A DNA stretch of 64,000 nucleotides, taken from positions 841 through 64,840 of the forward strand of contig JAXJET010000034.1 in the NCBI GenBank assembly GCA_036301285.1. Direction: 5' to 3'. This stretch comes from Collinsella aerofaciens. GTDB lineage: Bacteria; Actinomycetota; Coriobacteriia; Coriobacteriales; Coriobacteriaceae. The notes below the pieces were generated by a model, which saw nothing but the letters and a program-made list of their open reading frames with translations, did no database searches and was not told the DNA's origin. Each line of letters starts with the position of its first letter. Within the stretch, counting starts at the first letter, position 1. Shown here piece by piece: positions 42,261 to 49,026 of the stretch. The translations under genes and the position numbers were made by a program.

Positions 42261-44222
42261 ATGGAACAGAGGGTCCTCGGGGGAAGATACCTCCTCAAGG
42301 ATAAGGTGGGAACAGGCGGCATGGCGACCGTCTACCGTGCACAGGACCAGGTTCTCGACCGCACGGTAGCCGTCAAGATCATGCTGCCGCAGTATGCTGG
42401 CGACGCGACCTTCGCCGCACGCTTTAAGCAGGAGGCCCAGGCAGCAGCCGGCCTCTCCTCCCCCTATATCGTGGGCGTCTACGATTGGGGCAAGGACGGC
42501 GACACCTATTACATCGTCATGGAGTACCTGCGCGGTACCGACCTTAAGAGCGGCATCAAGAGCCACGGCGCCCTCGACCCCAAGAAGGTCGCGCAGATCG
42601 GCTCGCAGATCAGCTCCGCGCTTTCGGTCGCCCACAAGCACGAGATCATCCACCGCGACATTAAGCCGCAGAACATCATGGTGCTGCCCGACGGCAACAT
42701 CAAGGTGATGGACTTTGGCATCGCGCGCGCCAAGAACAGCCACCTCACGCAAGACAACAACGTGCTGGGAACCGCCCACTACGTCAGCCCCGAGCAGACC
42801 CGTGGTCAGGACCTCGGCCCCACCTCGGATATCTACTCGCTGGGCGTCGTGATGTACGAGTGCGCCACCGGCCGCGTCCCCTTTGACGGTGACGACGCTA
42901 TCTCGGTCGCACTCAAGCAGGTCAACGAGCTGCCTATTCCGCCGAGCCAGATCAACTCCGGTGTCGACGCCGACCTTGAGCGCATCATCCTCAAGTGCAT
43001 GGAGAAGGACCCGGCAAACCGCTTCCAGACCGCCGACGAACTGCGTCAGGTGCTCAACAGCTACCTGTCGGGCCGTGCCGTCAACGTCTCGGAGCCCACG
43101 CGCATCATCGGTGCCCCCGGTGAGCTGGGCGCCACCAAGACTCGCGAGCTTTCCGATCAGACGCGCGCCATGGTGCGTCCCGTCTCGGGCGTGAGCGGCC
43201 AAAATACCGCCCGCAGCTCGGTTTCGGGCTCCACCGGCTCCTACGAGGTCGAAAAGCCCAAATCCAACAAGAACAAGATCATCGCCGCCGTGGTGGCAGC
43301 CGTTGCCGTCATCGGCATCGTGGTGGCCTTTGCCACAGGACTCTTTGGCGGCGAGCAGGTCACCGTGCCCGATGTGCTGGGCAAGGACCAGCAGACTGCC
43401 GTCGAGCTGATCAAGGAAGCCGGCCTCGAGGTCGGCACCATCGACCAAAGCTACAACGACGATGTCGACGAGGGCAAGGTCGCCGAGCAGACGCCCAACG
43501 GCAACACCAAGAAGACCAAGGGCACCAAGGTGAACCTGGTAATCTCCAAGGGCCCCAAGCCCTCCGAAAAGGTTGAGGTTCCCAAACTTGTCGGCATGAC
43601 CAAGGACCAAGCAGAAGCCGCACTGGCAAGCGTTGGCCTGAAGGGCAACGCCTCCGAGGAGGCCAACGAGGCTGATGAGGGCCAGGTCTTTGAGCAGGGC
43701 ACCGAAGCCGGTAAGGAAGTCGCGAAGGGCACGACCATCTCGTACAAGGTCTCGAGCGGCCCGGATACCACGTCCGTCCCCGACCTGACCGACATGACCG
43801 AGGCCCAGGCGCGCAACGCCCTCGATATGGCAGGCTTTGGTGTCGACGTGAGCTACCAGGAGAACGACTCGGTTACCGAGGGCACCGTGATCAGCTGGAA
43901 CCCCAGCGGCAAGCAGAAGCCCGGCGCCACGATTACCGTCGTCATCGCCAAGAAGTCCGGCAAGGCCACCGTCCCGGGCAACCTGTACGGCAAGAGCATT
44001 TCCGCCGCCGTTACCGCGCTCAACAACGCCGGTTTCTATAACATTGGCTTCTGTGACCAGAACGGCAATCCCGTAAGCGGAAACGAGGATGCCACCGTTA
44101 CGGGCGTCTCCCCCACTGGAAAGCAGTCCACCGACAGCACGATTACGCTGACGGTCGCACTTTCTGGTTCGGGCTCAGGCTCGGACACGAGCACGGGCGA
44201 CGATTCCGGTACGACCAACTAG
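42261..44222 (+). CDS. pknB: Ser/Thr protein kinase PknB with four extracellular PASTA domains
   Basis: Kinase motifs GTGGMATVY, VAVKIM, HRDIKPQNIM, MDFGIA and SPEQ, one TM segment, then four PASTA-like repeats of about 65 aa. The ATG at 42261 follows an RBS AGGAGCAGGA. Confidence 0.95.
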   Translation: MEQRVLGGRYLLKDKVGTGGMATVYRAQDQVLDRTVAVKIMLPQYAGDATFAARFKQEAQAAAGLSSPYIVGVYDWGKDGDTYYIVMEYLRGTDLKSGIKSHGALDPKKVAQIGSQISSALSVAHKHEIIHRDIKPQNIMVLPDGNIKVMDFGIARAKNSHLTQDNNVLGTAHYVSPEQTRGQDLGPTSDIYSLGVVMYECATGRVPFDGDDAISVALKQVNELPIPPSQINSGVDADLERIILKCMEKDPANRFQTADELRQVLNSYLSGRAVNVSEPTRIIGAPGELGATKTRELSDQTRAMVRPVSGVSGQNTARSSVSGSTGSYEVEKPKSNKNKIIAAVVAAVAVIGIVVAFATGLFGGEQVTVPDVLGKDQQTAVELIKEAGLEVGTIDQSYNDDVDEGKVAEQTPNGNTKKTKGTKVNLVISKGPKPSEKVEVPKLVGMTKDQAEAALASVGLKGNASEEANEADEGQVFEQGTEAGKEVAKGTTISYKVSSGPDTTSVPDLTDMTEAQARNALDMAGFGVDVSYQENDSVTEGTVISWNPSGKQKPGATITVVIAKKSGKATVPGNLYGKSISAAVTALNNAGFYNIGFCDQNGNPVSGNEDATVTGVSPTGKQSTDSTITLTVALSGSGSGSDTSTGDDSGTTN

Positions 44223-44274
44223 TCGCCACCCCACCGCTCATCGCGGCTTTCGCCGCAAACATATTCGCTCACAG

Positions 44275-44314
44275 GCGCCCGCTTGCTCCCCCAGCAAGCG
44301 GGCGCTTCGTTTTT
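44275..44314 (+). terminator. Intrinsic terminator of pknB
   Basis: GCGCCCGCTTGCT-CCCCC-AGCAAGCGGGCGC followed by TTCGTTTTT. Confidence 0.85.
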
Positions 44315-44334
44315 GACATGGCATTGAACCAGAA

Positions 44335-44363
44335 GAGCCCGGCACCGTAGCGGTACCGGGCTC
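44335..44363 (-). terminator. Hairpin downstream of the tRNA locus
   Basis: GAGCCCGGCACC-GTAGC-GGTACCGGGCTC. On the minus strand the U-tract that follows is weak (TTCTGGTT). Confidence 0.5.
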
Positions 44364-44373
44364 GACAAATCTC

Positions 44374-44408
44374 TGGTGCTCCGGGCGGATTCGACCCCCC
44401 CCGCGGGG
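44374..44408 (-). other. Degenerate duplicate of a tRNA 3' end (T-arm, acceptor and CCA), with no foldable 5' half
   Basis: TGGTGCTCCGGGCGGATTCGAC closely resembles TGGTGCCCCCGGGCGGATTCGAAC at the 3' end of tRNA-Arg, 128 bp away in the same orientation. I found no complementary 5' acceptor strand. Confidence 0.5.
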
Positions 44409-44501
44409 AAATTGCTGACGCGGGTATCGACGGCTCGAATCCGGCCGGCGGTCCCCACAAACCAGAAACGGCGCCGCTCTCGCGACGCCGTCATAATCTT
44501 C

Positions 44502-44577
44502 TGGTGCCCCCGGGCGGATTCGAACCGTCGACACCCGCTTTAGGAGAGCGGTGCTCTATCCCCTGAGCTACGGAGGC
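44502..44577 (-). tRNA. tRNA-Arg (anticodon CCU)
   Basis: I hand-folded a 76-nt cloverleaf. The acceptor is GCCUCCG/CGGGGGC, the D arm is GCUC/GAGC, and the anticodon stem CCGCU/AGCGG carries the loop CUCCUAA. The T loop is UUCGAAU and the 3' CCA is encoded. The T stem has one A-C mismatch. Confidence 0.85.
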
Positions 44578-44636
44578 ATGTTGTACTAGTGTAGCAGATT
44601 TACGCCGTTGTAATACAGCGTATAGCCACTCTTCGA

Positions 44637-44655
44637 AGTTGCGGTGGAACAGCCC
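44637..44655. repeat. Solo left arm of the AGTTGCGGTG-type palindromic element
   Basis: AGTTGCGGTGGAACAGCCC resembles the arms at 48490 and 57123. I see no right arm nearby. Confidence 0.6.
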
Positions 44656-44658
44656 TCC

Positions 44659-44856
44659 GGAAAGTGTGTCCCACTATCCAGGCAAATTCTGGGTCAAACT
44701 TTCCCAATGGGACCTCGCTGGAAACTGTGTCCCAGAATTTCGGCTCGAAACGGGACACGGTTTCCCAAACGACCCCGTTCCGGAAACTACGTCCCGGAAT
44801 CGGCGCTCGAACTGGGATGCACTTTCCCAATCGAGCCCCATGGGAAACTGCGTCCC
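44659..44856. repeat. Tandem array of about 3.5 hairpin units with a 61-62 bp period (same family as 13276..13445)
   Basis: Left arms GGAAAGTGTGTCCC (44659), GGAAACTGTGTCCC (44720), GGAAACTACGTCCC (44782) and GGAAACTGCGTCCC (44843). Right arms GGGTCAAACTTTCC, GGGACACGGTTTCC and GGGATGCACTTTCC. Confidence 0.85.
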
Positions 44857-44880
44857 ACTTTGGGGGGCGCTCTTTAATGA

Positions 44881-45279
44881 CTAGTTGCCTTTGTGGAAAA
44901 GGTTTTTGATAACGGAGGGGATGCTCTTGGCGCCCTTGGCCGTCACATCGATAAAGTCGGGCGAACGCACGAGCTTATCCTCGTCGACGTACTTGCGGAC
45001 CGCGCGAAGCGTCTCTTTGTCGTCGCGCGTCGAAAACGTAAAGTGACCGTTGTCCTTGGTGAAGATGGCAAAACGCGTAATCTTCTTGGTGCCGCGCAAA
45101 ACCTCGGCGGCAATATAGTCGACCTCGTCCCACGGGATTTGAATATAATCCTCGGGATTGCGCTCGTTATAGTACTCAAACGCCTTATTGCCCACCATCA
45201 CGTTACCGTGGCTGGTAAGCCCCATCAGGCAGGTTGCCGGCGTTGCCAGATCGACCGTGCTGTTCTGAGATTGCGCCAT
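44881..45279 (-). CDS. DUF956-family protein (ManO-like, associated with mannose PTS operons)
   Basis: The sequence MAQSQNSTVDL...GNVMVGNKAFEYYNERNPEDYIQIPWDEVDYIAAEV closely resembles ManO/DUF956 proteins. The ATG at 45279 has a GGAGGG RBS. Confidence 0.8.
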   Translation of the reverse strand: MAQSQNSTVDLATPATCLMGLTSHGNVMVGNKAFEYYNERNPEDYIQIPWDEVDYIAAEVLRGTKKITRFAIFTKDNGHFTFSTRDDKETLRAVRKYVDEDKLVRSPDFIDVTAKGAKSIPSVIKNLFHKGN

Positions 45280-45399
45280 ACGCGCCTCGCCCTCCAAATA
45301 AAACAATCGGACCGCATCCAGTGTACCCACCGGGTGCGGTCCGTTTCAATGGCTCAAAAGCCCTTACCTAGCAACTCTCGGTCTTAAGCCGAAACGTGC

Positions 45400-46320
45400 T
45401 TACATGAAGCCGCAGAAGCGACCGATGATGCCGACGGCGAAGAGAGCCAGGATGATGACAATCGGGCTGACCTTCTTCTTGAGGAGCTTGCAGACCAGCA
45501 GGGTCAGGCACACGGCGGCAAGGCCGGGGATGAGCTGATCGAGGTTGGCCTGAAGCGTGGTGACCTTCATCTGATCAAGGGCGGTAGCACCGACGGAGTT
45601 GTACATCGTCAGCGCTTCCTTGATACCCTCGGAACCGGAGGGCAGGCTAGCCCAGTCGATAAAGGCGCCAGCAGACTGCTTGACCGTGGAAACGATCGGG
45701 GTGAAGGAAATGGACACCCAGCGCTCGACCAGGGCGCCGATGATGAACATACCCAGGATGGAAGCGCCCTCGGTGACCTTGCCCATCAGACCACCGGAGA
45801 GGTCCTTGGCGATGGAGGAGCCGACCTTGTAGCCAAACTCCTGCGTGTACCACAGGAAAGCGTAACGGATGATGTTCCACGCAAAGAAGAACAGCAGCGG
45901 ACCGACGATGCTGCCGGACATGGCCAGGGAAGCGCCCAGAGCGCCCAGAATCGGGCGAAGGGTGAACCAGAAGACGGGGTCGCCGACGCCGGCGAGCGGG
46001 CCCATCATACCGACCTTGACGCCCTGAATGGCGACGTCGTCAATCGGGGCACCGTTGGCGCGCTCCTCCTCGAGAGCGAGGGTAACGCCAATGACGGGGG
46101 CGGAAACATAGGGGTGGGTGTTATAGAACTCCAGGTGGCGCTTAAGAGCGGCAATCTGGTCATCCTTGCTGGTGTAGAGCTTCTTGATCGCAGGGATCAT
46201 TGCGAAGCACCAGCCGCCGTTCTGCATACGCTCGTAGTTCCACGAGCCCTGAAGGAACTGATGACGGAAGCAAACCTTCTTGCGGTCAGCCTTGGTGAGC
46301 TGAATCTTGTTCTCTGCCAT
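45400..46320 (-). CDS. PTS mannose/fructose/sorbose-family EIID
   Basis: Motifs LTKADRKKVCFRHQFLQGSWNYERMQNGGW and EFYNTHPY are typical of ManZ/EIID. Confidence 0.9.
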   Translation of the reverse strand: MAENKIQLTKADRKKVCFRHQFLQGSWNYERMQNGGWCFAMIPAIKKLYTSKDDQIAALKRHLEFYNTHPYVSAPVIGVTLALEEERANGAPIDDVAIQGVKVGMMGPLAGVGDPVFWFTLRPILGALGASLAMSGSIVGPLLFFFAWNIIRYAFLWYTQEFGYKVGSSIAKDLSGGLMGKVTEGASILGMFIIGALVERWVSISFTPIVSTVKQSAGAFIDWASLPSGSEGIKEALTMYNSVGATALDQMKVTTLQANLDQLIPGLAAVCLTLLVCKLLKKKVSPIVIILALFAVGIIGRFCGFM

Positions 46321-46336
46321 ATGTATCACTCCCCTC

Positions 46337-47155
46337 CTACTCGTAATCGTTCAGAATGTCGCCGAGCGGGTCGCCGGAGCCACCGCCCATGCCGCCACCC
46401 TGCTTGGCCAGATCCTTAAGGCCAAGGTAGATGAGGGCAAGGGAGATGCCGATGAGACCAAGGGCGATCAGCGTGAGCTGAGGGATGGCAGCAAGGACAA
46501 AGCCGAGGACGAAGAACGGCCAGGTCTCCTTGGTGGCCATCATGTTGATGACCATGGCGTAACCGACGGAAGCGACCATGCCGCCGCCGACAGCCATGCC
46601 GCCGGACAGCCAGTCGGGCATAGCGTTAAGCGCGTTGGTAACGGCCTCGGCCGGGATGACGCACAGAAGCACTGCCGGGATGGCGATTCGAAGGCCCTGC
46701 ATGAGGATGGCAGCATACTGCCAGCGCTCGATGCCGGAGAAGTCGCCCTTCTCGGCGCAACCGTCCATGGCGTGAGCGATAGCGGTAGCAATGGTACGGC
46801 AGATCATGGTCAGGAACAGACCAGCGACCGACAGCGGGACGGCGACGGCGATAGCGGTGGTAACGGCCTTGGCCGAATCGGTGGCGCCACCGTTGAGGGC
46901 GAGCACCATGATGATCGAAGAAGCGACCGAGGCCAGAGCGGCGTCAGGCGCGACAGCGGCGCCGACGTTAGCCCAGCCAAGGGCCATCATCTGGAGCGAA
47001 CCGCCCAGGAGGATGCCCTCCTGAAGGTGACCGGTTACGAGACCGATAAGCGTGCATGCCACGAGCGGCTGATGGAACTGGAACTCATCCAGAATGCCTT
47101 CCATACCGGCAAGCAACGCGACAATCGCAACAAGCAGAATAGTGATTGCAGACAT
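46337..47155 (-). CDS. PTS mannose/fructose/sorbose-family EIIC
   Basis: 272-aa polytopic protein. It sits between IIAB and IID, and the segment GLVTGHLQEGILLGGSLQMMALGW is typical of ManY. Confidence 0.9.
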   Translation of the reverse strand: MSAITILLVAIVALLAGMEGILDEFQFHQPLVACTLIGLVTGHLQEGILLGGSLQMMALGWANVGAAVAPDAALASVASSIIMVLALNGGATDSAKAVTTAIAVAVPLSVAGLFLTMICRTIATAIAHAMDGCAEKGDFSGIERWQYAAILMQGLRIAIPAVLLCVIPAEAVTNALNAMPDWLSGGMAVGGGMVASVGYAMVINMMATKETWPFFVLGFVLAAIPQLTLIALGLIGISLALIYLGLKDLAKQGGGMGGGSGDPLGDILNDYE

Positions 47156-47173
47156 GTATCGGACCCTCCTTTA

Positions 47174-48166
47174 CTATGCTTGAGCGGCCAGTTCGGCCTT
47201 AGCTTTCTTCAACATGGCGTCGAGATCCTCGGAGGAATCCGAAGGAACCTTGCGGACCTCGAACTTGACGCCCTTGGCCTTGAGGGCCTCGAGAGTCTTA
47301 ACGTCATCATCGCCCATAGCGACGGCGTTGGTGACGACGACCTTGCCCTTGGAGTGAGCCATGGAACCGATGTTGACTTCCTTGATGTCGACACCGGCCT
47401 CGATGGCCTTGAGCAGATCCTGCGGGTTCTCAAAGAGCAGCATGGCCTTGGTGTCACCAAAGCGCGTGTCCTTGACGACCTCGGCCATCTTCTTGATGGG
47501 CACGACGTTGGCATGGACTCCCGGAGGGGCAGCCTGCTCGATCATGGTCTTGCGGAGCTCGTCGTGAGCAACGCCGTCGGAAACCACGATGATGCGGTTG
47601 GGGTTGATCTGCTTGGTCCACGTGGTGGCCACCTGACCATGAAGCAGACGGGTGTCGATACGGACGTGGGCGATCTTGATGTGCCCATCGCCGATGACCG
47701 TTCCCGGAGGGATGGCGCCTGCAGGAGCAGCGGCGGCCGCAGCCGGCTTCTTCTCCTCGGGCTCCAGAGACTCGGGCTTGACACGCACGCCAGCCTTAGC
47801 CTCAGTCACGAGATGTTTTGCGATCGCATGTGCAGTGTTCTTTGCATCAAAGCGCTGCGAATATGCCTCGATGAGCATAGGCAGGTTGACACCGGTGACG
47901 ATAGCCCAGGAATCGTGGCCCTCGATGAGCCCGCTGATCTGGTTGAACGGCGTGCCGCCCCACAGATCAACGAGGAAGAGCACCTGCTCCTGGTCCTCGA
48001 AGGAAGCGACTGCTTCCTCGACCTTGGCACGGAAGTCGTCGGGGCCCATGCTCGGCTCGAGCGAGACCACGGCTACAGACGGCTGATCGCCAAAGACCAT
48101 CGAGCCCGTCTGCTTGATTCCAGCTGCCAAGTCCCCGTGGCTAGCAAGAACAATACTTACCATCAC
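47174..48166 (-). CDS. PTS mannose-family EIIAB
   Basis: An N-terminal EIIA (IVLASHGDLAAG), an Ala/Pro linker, and an EIIB (IAHVRIDTRLLHGQVAT). Confidence 0.9.
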   Translation of the reverse strand: MMVSIVLASHGDLAAGIKQTGSMVFGDQPSVAVVSLEPSMGPDDFRAKVEEAVASFEDQEQVLFLVDLWGGTPFNQISGLIEGHDSWAIVTGVNLPMLIEAYSQRFDAKNTAHAIAKHLVTEAKAGVRVKPESLEPEEKKPAAAAAAPAGAIPPGTVIGDGHIKIAHVRIDTRLLHGQVATTWTKQINPNRIIVVSDGVAHDELRKTMIEQAAPPGVHANVVPIKKMAEVVKDTRFGDTKAMLLFENPQDLLKAIEAGVDIKEVNIGSMAHSKGKVVVTNAVAMGDDDVKTLEALKAKGVKFEVRKVPSDSSEDLDAMLKKAKAELAAQA

Positions 48167-48489
48167 ATAACCTCCTTTTTGTCTACGTACTTCCTACACG
48201 ACATTAAGGAAGTATACCTGTTTGGTTTGTGGAATTATAGCTAAATTCGCAAAAGGTTGGTTTATTTGTTTAAACGTCTATGTTTGTTACAAATTGGTTA
48301 CGTTACCGCTTTTTGACTCATTACACGCCAAGGCGTCGCACATCAAGCCATGCATTTTACAGATACAAACAGGCTGTTCATTAATATCGATTTTGGCAAG
48401 CGCGAATGCGCTTGTACTGCCGCTATTTTGTTTAAACAGACATGACTTGACTATTATCGTGACTTATGTTCTACGAAACCACTCAAAAT

Positions 48490-48557
48490 AGTTGCGGTGG
48501 AATAGTTCTTGTTTAAGAGCCAGAAGGCTGGATTTAGGAACTATTTCACCGCAACTT
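48490..48557. repeat. 68-bp palindromic (MITE/REP-like) element with AGTTGCGGTGGAATAG / CTATTTCACCGCAACT termini
   Basis: AGTTGCGGTGGAATAGTTC ... GAACTATTTCACCGCAACT. The arms are 19 bp with one G-T position. It lies between the man-operon upstream region and the hypA stop. Confidence 0.85.
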
Positions 48558-48567
48558 ATAGGGGGTC

Positions 48568-48996
48568 CTAGACGATGCGGAGGGGGTTGGCGGCGTCGAC
48601 GGCGTCGGGGGCGTCGGAGAGGCCGTCAGGAGCAGCATCTGCCGGGTTCTCGTCGGGGGTCTCAATCTGCTTGATCATGACCTCTTGGCCCTGCAGCAGG
48701 TATGTCTCGCCGCTACCGCAATGGGGACAGGTCTTGCCGTGCTCGACCGTCGCGTAGTCGCGGCCACATGCCTCGCAATGCGTCACAGCCTCAACGGGCT
48801 CCACAACAAGCTCCGCGCCCTGCGCGATATGCTTTTTATCTGCTGCCCAGCGCCAAGCGTCGAGCAGCAAGTCAGGAACGACGCCCGAGACCTCGCCCAA
48901 CAGCAACGTTACGCTCGAAACGCGACGCACGCCATGAGCGCGCGCTACATTCTCGACATCGCGAATGATGTGGTAAACGATCCCCAATTCATGCAC
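48568..48996 (-). CDS. hypA: Hydrogenase/urease nickel-insertion metallochaperone HypA-like protein
   Basis: N-terminal MHELGI nickel-binding motif and two CxxC pairs (CEAC...CPHC). There is an acidic C-terminal extension of about 30 aa. Confidence 0.8.
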   Translation of the reverse strand: MHELGIVYHIIRDVENVARAHGVRRVSSVTLLLGEVSGVVPDLLLDAWRWAADKKHIAQGAELVVEPVEAVTHCEACGRDYATVEHGKTCPHCGSGETYLLQGQEVMIKQIETPDENPADAAPDGLSDAPDAVDAANPLRIV

Positions 48997-49026
48997 TTTT
49001 TCTTCCGCCGTTCCCGTTATGGCTAC

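Noticed and set aside
44374-44470. tRNA-Sec, tmRNA or another tRNA-like RNA gene next to tRNA-Arg.
   Set aside because: No 5' strand complements the acceptor 3' strand except through a poor wobble-rich pairing. There is no D arm, the only TCA is not preceded by U33, and the segment is far too short for a tmRNA. I kept it only as a tRNA 3'-end-like fragment.
48395-48420. A sigma-54-like element (TGGCAAGCGCGAATGC) near the mannose PTS operon, which is sigma-54/LevR-controlled in Firmicutes.
   Set aside because: The motif is on the plus strand and points away from the minus-strand man operon. The -12 element is imperfect (ATGC rather than TTGC), and no LevR/ManR-type activator is present in the window.
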